Assembly (NCBI GenBank): GCA_002633005.1
Contig: NMRA01000230.1
Coordinates: 556,201 to 620,200 of the forward strand
Direction: 5' to 3'
From: Phoronis australis
Taxonomy: Eukaryota > Animalia > Phoronida
DNA length: 64,000 nt
Shown here in pieces: positions 1 through 13,000 of the stretch; the stretch's first letter is position 1, and each line of letters starts with the position of its first letter. The notes beneath the pieces are model-generated. The model was not told the DNA's origin. It saw only the letters and a program-made list of their open reading frames with translations, and searched no databases. The translations under genes and the position numbers were made by a program.

Positions 1-29
1 TGAACAACGTAGATATTTACTTCATATAT

Positions 30-1315
30 GTATTGTTTGGCACGTGATCTTCATTGAACATTCACCATTACGTTACGCCATCTCGGTCGCTTGACATTGA
101 TTTCAAGAATACTTGGCACTAATAAGTTTTTGATGCATATGGCGTCAACAGGAATTACTACAAAACTGTAACGCTCACTCGTGTTAAGAATTGTTTCCAC
201 ATTTGCTTGAGTTTAAATGCTTGGTCGATGATGCAGTCTTTGTAAGACTACTCGTTCTTCTGTCACTGAACGATTGCATAATTGAAACAGTTCCAAATAC
301 GGACTCCTCTGCGTTTCCTGTGTGGTGTGCGTATTTGTGGAATTTGTTTACGCCCTAAGGAAATGTTTCTATCACTTTGTTTTTTGCTGATATTATTTTC
401 TAATCCTAAACAGAACCCTTATTCCAACGAAAACGAACCAAGTATCTACTGTTCCATGTGACCAGCCATTGAGGACCAAGTTGACTTTGGTGAGAAAACT
501 TTTCACCTAATTAGCTCTCAAATATGGTAGTAAAGTGAAATTTTAATTTGTTAACTTTCTCAATGTATTAAAACAGACATTCAAAAAATGTAGAATAAAT
601 TCATTATGATTTGTGCTGTGCAGATTTTACAAAACAACATTTGGCAAAGTTTTCGTAATTTGCAGCAATATATTCAACGTTTTGAAAATAGAAAAACGAC
701 CGGTTTGAGAATCCAAGAACTACCGTACTTGCAGCCACGTGAGATATATGTATGTCCACATTAACTTTCTACAAGGAAATAAACTTCTAATGTGTTTTCC
801 ACTTAAGTTATTGGAGCCTCTTTACATGCAAGATAGCTCGTCTTTATACATGTAGCCCTCGTCAAGCTTTTATCTAACAAATACGTACAGTACATGTATC
901 AAATATTAATCAGACGGGGGCGTTAGATTTTTGTATGGTATTCCGTGTATGTTCGATCAGTACGTATCACACGAGCTTCCGATAAATAATCATAGCCTTT
1001 ATAATCGAAATCAATTTCAACTAGTAAGGCGTATATACATGTATATGTACTTGCACTAACATACATGTACATGATAAGATTTGAAGTCAATGTTTTAATA
1101 AAAGCATTCTACTAAAGTTGCGCTTATTTTTTTCACCATCACGGATTTGTCTCCCTGAAACAAACATTTTAAGAAGAAAACTTGTTACCTCAGTTTTACA
1201 TGAACACTTGTTTTTAAAGCGCAATTACTCAACAAAAAGCAATATTTGTGCAATAAAAGCTTCGCAAGAAATACAAATACAGACCTAATGTTTTATGCAT
1301 TAAAAACCAAACGCT
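30..1315. repeat. Dispersed repeat with a diverged inverted copy at about 22090-22790
   Basis: 1267-1315 (aagaaatacaa...ttatgcattaaaaaccaaacgct) is the reverse complement of 22091-22140, and 97-165 of 22675-22746. About 240-750 has no counterpart in the second copy. Confidence 0.75.
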
Positions 1316-1932
1316 ATGGGAGTTCACCCTCTTTAATCAATGATCCACGGGAAAGCAATACGCGTAACGTCTGCAGTACGTGTCTTTTTTCTTGAATATC
1401 GTGAATATTTTCATTTCCAAACAGATGATTGTGAGCAAACGGGAGTGAGAGTAGATAACAGGACGTTTTATGCGCAAGGAATGAGAGATAACGGGAATCC
1501 TGGTACTTTTAGGATGGCTGTGAAATGCGTGGATCTTGTGTATGTATGGAGCCAAGAAGCATCCGTTGACCGAAATGAACGGAGAAGTGATGCGTCGGGA
1601 ATGATAACTCAAGCTTGCAGACCCCCATCTCCTCGACACCACGCATTAACAGCTCGAGTGATACATGTACATGTAGTTTATCGAGCATGCTTAGAAATTC
1701 TTTTCCATTGCTGCGTTATCCTTAAGCTACCTGGCAGGACTCTGCGCAAAACAGGGATCCTACCACTTAGAAACGGGAGCCCTAAACTAATTTTCGTCTA
1801 TAACCTTTAAGAGAGTCATAGTGCAATGGAGGTCGAAACTGGCCTTAGGCTGCAATTAGTTAAGTGTAATTAATGTCTATTCCGCCGCAGCTTGGTGTTG
1901 CTCTACATTTTGTAACTGACTACGTTCGTTGG

Positions 1933-1996
1933 CCGATTGCCACATGGGTCCAATGGTTCTTTGGCAAATCGGAGCCTAAGAATGATGATGATGATA
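1933..1996 (+). mobile_element. Probable 3' tail of a non-LTR retroelement (stem-loop followed by (ATG)n)
   Basis: ccgattgcca (1933-1942) pairs with tggcaaatcgg (1962-1972), followed by aatgatgatgatgat. The 5' extent is undefined. Confidence 0.35.
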
Positions 1997-3720
1997 AGTG
2001 GTTGGAACACAAACACTTACAGTAATAAATGTCTGTCGCAAGAGTGAGTCGGTCGATCAGAGGCTTTGATTAGTGATAGGGATAAGTATTTATTCACTTA
2101 TGCTTATCGCTGCCATTGTTGATTTGCTGATCTGTTTCCGTTTCGAGTGTTTGTTGGTGTCATACACTGTAATTGTTAATAAAGTTGTTTTCCGAACTTC
2201 AATTTGGCGTTAAATGCGCAATCAAACAGGTGTCGAAGCAGGTGCTTGTGGACACTGACACAACTCGTGGCCACGTTATTTCGATGGGAGGCGAAACTGT
2301 TAATCGACTTCAATACGTATTTAGATAAAAATTATGCAGTCTGGGCGCGCATGTGTGAATTTTAACTCAAATTGGCCAAATATTGTCGAATGAACTGCCC
2401 AGCTAAACATACATGTAACGATAGATAGGATTTTCTGAACATTTGACAATTTCAAACACAGCAAGACCACGTACGGTGTTAACATAATTGTTTTCAGCAT
2501 GGCAGTTTGGTTACAATTCATCTTTGAACGGGAAATTTTGTCACACAATTGAAATTTGTGTGGACATGAAATGTTCTAGTTTGTTACCAGATATCCTTCC
2601 GCGGTGGAAGGAATCGTGACTTGTCTTGACCACCTTAATAATAATTAAAACGAATATAAAGATATGAACGAGAGAAAGAAAATATACTTCTTAACTTATG
2701 AATACAATTTGAGAAGGGGGTCTAATTTTAAAATCGAAATCGAAATCGACATTACTCTTGTCACTTCCTGTACTACTTTTGCACGTACTCAAAATAAGTG
2801 TCTTCTGCCTCTGTCCAATCCTCCTTTACACTTAGTGATTCGAACGTTTAAGATAAGATTTCGAGTCTGAACTAACAATTTAGTCTCTTTCCTCGAGTTT
2901 GTACCTCGAATCTGCGGATTCATACAGTGCATACTCTGACTAAACTCTCATCTGCGTATACCGTAACGCACCCGTGTAGAGAATAATAGAAAACACAGCT
3001 CTTGAGTTCTCGCAAAAGAAGGAACGAAGAACGTGAACAGTGATTTCAACCTTGATTTGGAGTTGAGAGATAGAATCCAACCTCCACCCCCAAGCCCCCC
3101 ACCCCCAAGCCCCCACCCCCCGAGACCCAATTGTTTATCGTTACAAGGTTATTTGATTTATACCGAGTGTGCGTTGGTCTCAAGCAGGGCTTGTGTTAAC
3201 CTATTGCGCAACTAAGAGTCATATTAGTGCGCCCCAGGAAACCAATTTCCCTTATTAGTTTCGAGTCGTGGCATCATTATCACTCATTAACAGAAGGTAT
3301 AACTTTTTGCTAAAATGTCCAACGAGTTTATGAAAATAATTATAAATTTTAGTCCTCCAAAGGTTGACAACAATTTGAAACTTAACTCTGTAATTCATCT
3401 CACCCTCTGGTTTTAATAATTTCCAAATTATTCTATTTTTAGGAGCTGGAAATTTCCTGCCTTCAGAAGTACTTAAATTACCTTTCAACGATCCTGATGG
3501 GGCATTTCAACCAGTCAGATATATAAGCTTTACGAATATAACCATTTCTGCCCAAAAATATGTTTTCAAGCAGTCGGATACCTAGCTCATTTATTTCTGC
3601 CCAGAAAAAAATAAATGAATGTTGACAGCATTCTCCTTTAATGCTGAAGCTGTCTTAATTTCAGGTGGTTTATACAGAAACATAGACAATGTTCACTTCT
3701 CGAATTTACGACGATCACCG

Positions 3721-4048
3721 CTAACTGAATAGTCCAGTCTTCTGCTGCGCTTTCTCTAGCTTCTCAACAGTTGCCTTCAACTCGTGCAACGTAAGGTCCT
3801 TCTGTAACACCTTTGCCTCTGACCGTCTTAACTGGTCCCTTAAGTTTTGAATCTTCTCTTTGCTTTCCTTGTCGTTTTGCTCTTTTAACGTATACTCGTT
3901 TATTTGATCTTCTAGAGTGTGAACCTTCGCCTGCAGTTGGTCGACTTCTGCTTGCTTGACGTCTATTTGAGCTTTCAATGTTTCTATCTCATCAATGTGT
4001 TTGGTGGTGAGCTCCTGAATCATAGCATCGACTTCTTCTTTCGTTAGT
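3721..4048 (-). CDS. Coiled-coil gene terminal coding exon (LTKEEVDAMIQEL...KTGLFS*)
   Basis: Acceptor ctttcAG, phase 2 matches exon 10, TAG at 3723-3721. Confidence 0.88.
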
Positions 4049-7000
4049 CTGAAAGGTGCAAAAAACCTAATCTCATTGCTGGTTCCTTATTAAGATTAAA
4101 GTTGTTTCGAAGATTGAAAATAACTGGTAGATCGCTATGGATTCACATAAGACACGTGACTGTCGCTAAGCACACTAGTGTCGCTTTAGTCGTCGAAGCA
4201 GCATGGCTGTTACGGCTAACCAATTTAAATTCAGAAAAGGAAACGAACACAATAATGTTTCTTTGGAAGTAAGAGCAAATTCTTCTATGACAAAAGTTGT
4301 TTTCGACATCATTACATGATTTTTAACAGCGTTATATTGCATCAACCGCGATTTTCGCTGCCATAATTCAATGGGCTCCAGCTTAGGCTTAACCTCCGAT
4401 GGGCCGGACTTGGCAGTGAAACGAATCGACACAAATAGAAATTGAGATAACGGAATGGTTAAAGATGATCAGAAAGCAGCTCACACACATTATTTTATTC
4501 ATCTTATACATGTAGTAGGGTTCCATATAACATACCTTTCTTCGTTGTCGCTATTTTTCGTATCCGCACCAATGTCTTCGGGGTCGGAGTCTACCACAAT
4601 ATTCGGGCTATTTCCGAACTCCTCGGCTAATTCCGTCATCAGGCATGAATCACTCTCGTCGCCATCTTGTTCTTCCACGTTAGCATGCTGGTTGGTGTCA
4701 TTTTCCGGCACAGATTGTTGAGCGGAGTCGCTTTCAGCTTTCGTATCGTCGTTCTCTGAATCTTTCGTCACAGTAACTGTTGGAATAGCAGAGGTGTCCG
4801 CGTCGTCTTTTTCTCTGTCATGGTCGGCTGCTACGTGATTAGCACTTGAAACATCGTCTGCAACTTGGTTACTAGAGACATCGTCTGCTTTCAGGTCTCC
4901 CTGTAAATTACCAGTTTGGTGAAGGAAAATTGGTAACCTCAGGCCCTTTTCAAGAAACTGACTTACATGTATATTATTTTTAGCTAAAGTCTGAGATATG
5001 TCTCAGCTTCCAAACTTTGAAACTTCCACATCCGGTAAGATAGTTTAAAACTTTTTTCCATATTTGAGATCTCTTTTTGAAACGAACTTGAGACAAATTT
5101 AAGATTTATTGACTGAAATTATTATTTGTAGTAACGAAGTCAGTTTTCTTGGAACGGCCCCTGTACTTACTGGGAGTTTGAATAGCTGCTATGAAAGAAT
5201 CCCTCAACCTTTATTTCTAATTGCTCATAATTGCAAGCTTTTTTGAAGAAAAGTATCCAATCTCAACGTTTGCATTTTGAAGGAAATCGAACTAGAATCA
5301 AAACACAACCTTAATAATGAAAACAATTTCTGTAGAGCGCACATGCATTGTACATTCACGGTTCTGCTTTTAGAAACACCAGAAGGCATATATTCCATAA
5401 GTGGCAATTGTATCGTAATTGAATGATATTTGCTACAAATACTTTCCTCACCTTCTCGTCTGAAGACTCTTTGCTAGATTTTTTTGCTTTCTTCTTCCTT
5501 TTCTTGCGTTGTTTTTTCTTTTCCCCGCTACTCCCACTATCAGACTCGCTAGACGAAGGGTCCTTAAGTTTCAAAATAGTCATACACTTAAACTAGGTGT
5601 ATTAAATTGGACTAGGACTTACTTACGTACCGAAATGATTATACACTTACTGGTTTAGGAAAATGACATAGATTTTTTATGGGAGGTGACTAAATATTAT
5701 AAATTTCTATTTTTAATAACATGGAGCACATTTCATTATGGCCGCAATTATGTCAAAGTCTACAGAGGGTTGCGTGATGACCTGACGTTAACAGGAACAT
5801 TTTATCGAGCTTCCGACAGTTTTAAACATATTACCTTGGTCTTGGCGCTGACAGCGGCCTGAAGTTCCAGTATTCTTTGACGTTCATTAAGTTGGGCGTC
5901 TTTCAGTTGTTCAATCTCACTGTTCAGCTCAGTGATTTGTGTCAAACGTTTACCATTCTCCGCGTTAGCCTGAAATTCCAACCATCGTGTAGTTGTTTTT
6001 GTTGTAATTTGCAAGTGTCCGTGACAGTTTAGTGATGACCTGATTGGCACTATTATGACGCGATTTGGATCCCAAAATATGAATAGAACTCCACAGTGAA
6101 ACTATATTGTCTAAATGCCGTATATAACCACGGTGGCATTATGCAAAATTATGTGTTTGAGTCAATCGGAGTGCGTCGACAACAGTTACACCTAGTGTAT
6201 GCTCCCGTAGAGTTGAATCTCTGGCCTAATGTACGCTCCCTGAGAGTTAACACTCTGGCCTGAATTAGTACTGTAATTGTTTTTAATTTTGGAATTTTTC
6301 CACCCAAATTTTGACCACGTCAAAATTGAGATTGGCTGGGTCGAAAACGTCACCACTGTGTCATACTCAACAAGCCCCTACTGGAAATACGTTTAAAGTG
6401 TGTGTGACAAAACCTTTATCAAAAACCGTGTAATCCATCACATTCAATTACTGCAAAATTACGACATCCGTGAGTGGTGTCCGACAGGGTGTAAGTTAGC
6501 TGTTGTCACGCAATGGGCATTTCTGTTGCATTGCGAAGCACAAAGATTAATAGCCGCCCACAAGCGTCGCACTAACGGAACCTATGTCCGTCACGCTAAT
6601 TCAGTTTGGCTTACGTGACACTGGTAAACGTGTTCTAAAAAATGCTTTTAGGGTCTTTGTTTTCAGGAAACTGGAATCACTATCGTATTCTGCTTTCACG
6701 TCAGCTAAATGCTGATTTATAGGCCTAGTCATTTTTGATATAGATCACGGATGTCCATAAGAATTGGTTTTAACTTCTTTCTATCACAAATAGGAGGTGA
6801 GTTTTGCTGCTACAATAGTCCAAGACTATCAAAAATGTTGTCTTGCCACGGCTGGTTATCTTGTACGCCGACCATGGCATTACGCATTAGCGAACCGTCA
6901 ATTCTTTCCCATCCTATAAACAATTTCTCATCGGAGTAAGAACCAAGATGAACGCATCTTTAGAGTGGAAAGTAGACTAAATCAAACGCAAATTTCTTTG

Positions 7001-10000
7001 AGGGAATACAAGTTTATGCCCGCGTTAAAAGGATGTTAAACCCTGTTTTGTTGGTTTTAACCACTTCAATTTCTGCCGGTTCCCTGTTAATGCACCGTTG
7101 GTATCTGACTTGAGTGATAAAATCAGGATTCAACGGAAAAGTACACACACAGAGAATAGATATCATGATTCTCGGTGAATGGTGTTTCTCTGTAGTTGTC
7201 GAATAACGCCTAGTAAACAGTTAAATCGTAGGTCACGCTTGCCGGTTTATCAAAGTCTGTGTTCCAAACGTTTGAGGTTTGACGAGGGTAGCAGCATTGT
7301 TTTGTTTTGTAGAGCTGGATAGATAGTCTTTGGTATAAGTTAAACTGCCAAACGCAGGTTTAGCATCCTTCTAAGAGAGATTTGAAGGGGACAGCACTGT
7401 GACTAAGCCAGAGGTATACGAAACTGATAGGTGGTCAGTTTTCTAAATGCGTGTGACATAAAATATGAAATATTTATTAGCAATGGGTGCTCACTGTTTG
7501 AACTTCGCTTCTGGTCTGTAAGAGTTCCTCCTTGGTCTGTTCGTGCGCTCTTTGAACTTCATACAACTTTTGATGAAACTCGGTCTGAACTCTGAGTAGT
7601 TCCTCTTTACTGGTGAAGAGTTCCTTTGTGATCTGGGATTTTAAATGAAACCAGTTACCGTTGATTGTGGATTTCCGGTCGGTGAAAGTCTTAAAACTAC
7701 TAGACTATCAACGTAAATTTAATAATCCATGGGGACACTCTACATCACAACCCTATCTGTGAGTGTGTTTATGTATATCATTTACATCCATAAGTAGCTG
7801 CGTAAGAGAGACTCACAGTGTGCAATGTGGCGACTGATCACGTGGGACCAGACACAAGTGGCCTCTAGAGGACAAGGAGGTGATTTAACTTTGCCCAAAA
7901 CGAATCCCTTTCCACCACACACGTTGTAAAAGGGTCATTTCACGAAGTAAAAATGTTCCTCTATGTCACCTGCTGTGAAGAAAAGAACCTTCTGGTGCAT
8001 CTGGGTGACGGTAAGAGTCAATGTTTCCACGTGATCAACATGATGGAAAGCCACCATTACGAAATCATTGAAAGATTTGTTGATGTGGTGCAGACTGATA
8101 ATATGATGCTTTCCATGTCTACAAAATTTAATCATGCAATGTAATTATTAAAATCACCTGTGTTTTCTCTTGTTCTAGGCCTTTAATAGTGTCGTTTTTT
8201 TCTTTTAACGTGTCTTGGAAAACCTCGATTTGGCTCTTCAGGTCATGAATCTTCTCGTCCGTGTTGGTTTTCACTGTAGAGTACTGTTCTCTATACGACT
8301 CGCATTCCTTCAGTTGTTTGGATTTGAATTTCAGTTTAGCTTTCAATTTAGTTCTCTCTTCTGAAATCAACAACGTTACATTGTTCACCTCATGCAGATA
8401 CGTGACCCGTGTACATCGGACAGCATAGACGCTGTGTTACCTCAAAGATACGACTCACGAAGACCAAGACTGAACATGCGATCAACTTACCAGATGAGAT
8501 TAATACACAGTGCTCCATACGCTGTTTTCCGAAACGCTGTTAAGAATTGGTTTTGAAATGTTTCATTTTGGCATAAAACATAGGGATTTTAGGCCTGTTG
8601 TGAAAAACTTAACAGTTGCATGAAACGAAAACGAAGGAATAATTTCGAAAAGTGTAACAAAGTTTTTGACATTTTATCGTATTTTGTTTGTATGAAAAAA
8701 CTTTGTGTCATGTTATTGACGCCTTTGTTTTGCTACAAATGTACTATTTGCTATGTTTTGACAAGAAGGGGTCATGTGACCCAATTAAAGCAGATTGGTA
8801 AAAAGTCCAAATCAAATTTTACATATTTCTTCATAATTATACGTTCAGAAAACGTATGTTTTACATTGGTATAGTCTGTAGCTCTATAGATATTTTGATA
8901 AATGCACTGAGTTGTCTACAGGCTCCCACCAACATACCCTATTCATCTTGTGAGTTTAAATATACATGTAAGAAGTTTATGTTAAAGAGGATTGCAATAC
9001 AGCGTACCTTTTAGTTGATCTACTTTCCGCTGGATCTTTTCGAGTCTATTATTCATTGCCTTCTCCGCCTTTTCAACGTCGAGCATCTTGTCGTGCGCTA
9101 GCTGCTTGGCCCCCATGACTGCCGAGTGCTCTTGATTTAATGTCCTCATTTTGTACGACAGGCGCTGCTCAGTCTCTTTCAGTTGGATCAGTTCGTTCTC
9201 GTTCGCCACAACCCTGTCCCTGAGAACTGCAGAGAATGCAAAGGAAAGCGTTTATTACAAACGGCAAAGTATCACAGATACACCATATTTGATTGCTGAA
9301 TATCACCGTCACCATTGCCAATGTATTTTAATGAAAAATGTAATTTTGAATGATTGGAGTTGAGTCCAGAAAGCGTTAGAAAGCATATCAACGTAATCAG
9401 GACTACTATCACTACATTGCACCATCGTCACCATAGCAACATCAACCCTTTTGGTGTAGGCATCATCACAAGTTATCATGATTGTTTAGTCTTCATTAAT
9501 AGTGGTTGCTGTTGTTTCTGCTGCTGTTGTAGTTCATGCTGTTTTTATTTTGTTGTTGTTGTTGTTTTTGTTGTCACCGTGCTTTTTGTTGCGGTTGTTG
9601 CTGCTGTTGTTGTTCACTTTGTTGTTGTTGCTGCTGCTGTTGTTGTTGTTGATGATGATCTTGCTTCTGTTGATTTAGTGTTGTTGGTGTTGCTGTTGGT
9701 GTTGCTGTTGTTTGTGTTATTATGGTATACAACATGCCGTAGTGAAATTCCATGTAAGTGGTAATTTAAGGGTCACACTTTGGAAATAAATATCCATTTA
9801 AGTGTCCCATTCCTGACGTGCAAAATGATGCTTGAGGCTTCCTTAGATATGTGTTTCCTGAAACATCATCGGGGTTGAGCTTAATTCTGAAATCCCGATA
9901 TAAAATAGATGCTTTTAAATTTCCACGCGATTTATGGATCACTTTTTAAAGCGACAACGACCTGGTAATACCTCGTTTGTCTTCCTTCAGCGTCTCAATT

Positions 10001-13000
10001 TCCATCTCCAAGTTGGTTATCTTCTCTTCGTAGTTCTGCTTGTCCAAGTCCCAATCTCTTTCGGCTGTTTCATATCTCCGTCGAAGCTTCCATTCCACTT
10101 GCTTCTCAACTCTCTCCTTCGAGCTCTCCAGCTCATGAATGCGGGCGTCTCTTGCTCTCACGTGACCTTGAAGCTGACCAATTTCTTGCTGTAAGTAATA
10201 CCATCGCAGAGCATGAACAACGCGCGTGCTGGCGGGGTGCGTGTCGTGACCTGAGTGTCATTAACCACACCCATGGTGAGCTTTTCTCACACTCTCCCGA
10301 AGCAGAGCTTAAGACTTGGGCCTCCTTGAGGAATTTGGTCATAAGTTGACATATATATTTCTTCTCAAGCCAGTCACAATGTCCGCGATATACGACGTCT
10401 ATTGAGTAATTCGAGTACTTTTGACCAGAGCACTCGACAGTCTGGTTCACCTGCACTAGAATCCTAATCAGTATTTCGCATGAACAAATCCCTTTGAAGA
10501 CTCAAATTGGTCCGCTTCTTTAAGGGTTTCAAGAACCACTACCACTACTACAATACAACCCTTAATTTGTCATCACCATGCACCAGGGCTTATTCCTTTG
10601 AGCACCTGGTTCGGTAATTATATGTCTGATTTCTCTGTCAACAAGGGTCATTTTTTTAATATCAATTGTAGACCTATGAAACTGAATAATCTATTTAAAA
10701 TCCTTGATGATCGACGAATATCGCTACGTGCTAGCCTCAGCTCCATTCTGCAATAAACACGCAACTGGCTTAGTGTAAACTAAAATACAGTCTCTTTTTG
10801 TTGGTGCATTGACTTCCTCTGTTGGACAGTAACTGAGTTGGTTCGAGAATTTGTAGTTCACTTTTGCGTTTTTTAAAAAACATTTGCAAAGAATATATTA
10901 AACATTGTCTGTTTGTTATTGTGTCATTATCATGTTCATACAAATTTAGTCTATTATTCGGAGACAAACAACTTCTTTTCGCTCTAAGTATCATATGAAC
11001 GCTAGACTATAATACGACGACAAATGTACAGTATTTATGACAATGCTTTGATGAATACTGCATTTTCAAGTTTTTGATGGTCATTTTAGGTCGAATCGCG
11101 AGTTAAGAGAGATGGAAATGAGTTATTTCGCACGAGGTAAAAGTCTAATCGTGTGCACAAAAATAATGCTCAGTTGTTCGTGATCAAATGACTGCGTTTT
11201 TTCTTAAAAATAAGGATTTTTCACGGAGCTCGCAGTAATTTTCACAAAAATGAATTTTGGCACGAAACTTTGAAATTATATTTCCTTATTCAATTTACTA
11301 CAAAAGGTTGTACTGTGATTCAAAGCAATTTTATTAGCCCGAAAACTCAGCTGTCAAATAAATCGAACTCCTTTTTTAAATCAAGAAATGTTAACGCTGA
11401 TTAAGAAAAAAATGCAGTCACGTGGTGGTGAGTGATTGCAAACATCTGAAAATCATTTCCATGCACATTCCGTGATCGCCAAGAATTTTGAAAGTATATA
11501 GTTGCATATTCAGTTCTGATACTTAAAAAGTTGTTTTATGTGTATAATACTTTGTAGCGAAGGTATCCAAGGTGACAAATAGAACTCAAATACTACACAT
11601 TAATTTTAGAACTCGTTTACGGAGTTGAACGCTCAGTTAAAGATGCAGTCTCGTTAAATTGCGAATATACAAACGGAGTATTAATTTACAAACAACCCAG
11701 GTCCTCCAGTGTGCCGGAAACCATCCGAGGACCAGTTACTGTTACAATCTCGCGAAAGCCTCGTTTTGTGAGACTATTTTCATGTAAATGAGTATGGTAA
11801 TATTTCATCATAGCGGACGAACACCCGGTGTCGGCCATCGACAACTGAGGTCTGGCTACTCGACCGACACTCCTCACGGTGACCACAACGAAAATAGTCG
11901 TTCTGTAATTTCATTTTGCCGACACCTAGGACATTATTCAACACCATACCATTTTGCATAGCAGACAGTGCAAAGTCTGAATATTTCCTCACACTTCTCG
12001 TCCACATTTCATAGGACGACACGGGAATCCCTGGGAAACCCCCACAACATTGCCGTTACCCTTTTGAAACAAAGCATAGTTTTTACTATTTGTTTATTTC
12101 ACTATCAAATAACAATTGCGTAGTATTTGGACTTACTATGGTTTCTTGCGTGCTCACACTTGTTTTTAAATGCATCAGTGGTGGCGTTTTCTTCAAAACC
12201 GCAATTTATTTACAAATTGTTTCTTTTTCTGATTATACTTGTATGCACAGTTCTCCAGGAAGTCACTAGGTGGCGCATACTACAAATTTATATATTCACG
12301 GCTTTAATGAGACATAGCACATTTAAAGTTGAGTGAGTATTTCAAGTCTAAAAACTTGTTCTTTTGAGTAGGTTACCTGGTGCTTGATTGACTTGTCCTT
12401 CACTTGATTTAGTTCGTGTCGTAGTAGTTCTCGTACTCTCTCGAGCTCTCGTAGCTTGTCAAGTAATTCATCTCTGTGAACAGCCACTTTCTCCCCTTCA
12501 TCAATCAGTTCTTGTTTCTGTAAAGTGCCAAGGGCTCACTTCGCTCAATGTAGTCATTACTTCGGCTTTAAAACGAATTACATCATTCGAACACAGTACC
12601 TCGATTTGAGATGGATTAAAACAGAGAAATTTTGCACGATTGTGATTGCCTACCTGACTTGTATTCAAAAGGACAGTGTAGGTTATACGCCCAGAAATGC
12701 AGTTTGGGGTCATTTTTGGATGGATTCACTTTATGGGTTTTGACTAGATCTATAAAACAGCAGAATGCGTTGTGCTGTGATTTTATCACAGAACTCTAAT
12801 TCGTCCCGTTGTGTGCTACACATGTACATTCGCTGAAATCAAAGCCGGTGATTTTTCCGGCTACTCTGGCTGTACATTGTACTTGGCTATACACCTACAA
12901 GTAGCTCCGCCAACGGAACAATAGGCTTAACTGTGGGGGGCCGTACCTTCAAATGGACGCCAAGACTGAGCTCAGAAAGTCACTTTTCTCACCGATAATG

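Noticed and set aside
1337-1810. 156-aa and 101-aa overlapping ORFs
   Set aside because: No recognisable motif or splice context; they lie between repeats and are probably chance ORFs.
9354-9764. 136-aa Val/Cys-rich ORF resembling a membrane protein
   Set aside because: It is the translation of a (GTT/GCT)n microsatellite in an intron.
10200-10456. Possible extra exon of the coiled-coil gene (ORF 10133-10456)
   Set aside because: Different frame from exon 4, no convincing donor, and exons 3 and 4 already join in phase.
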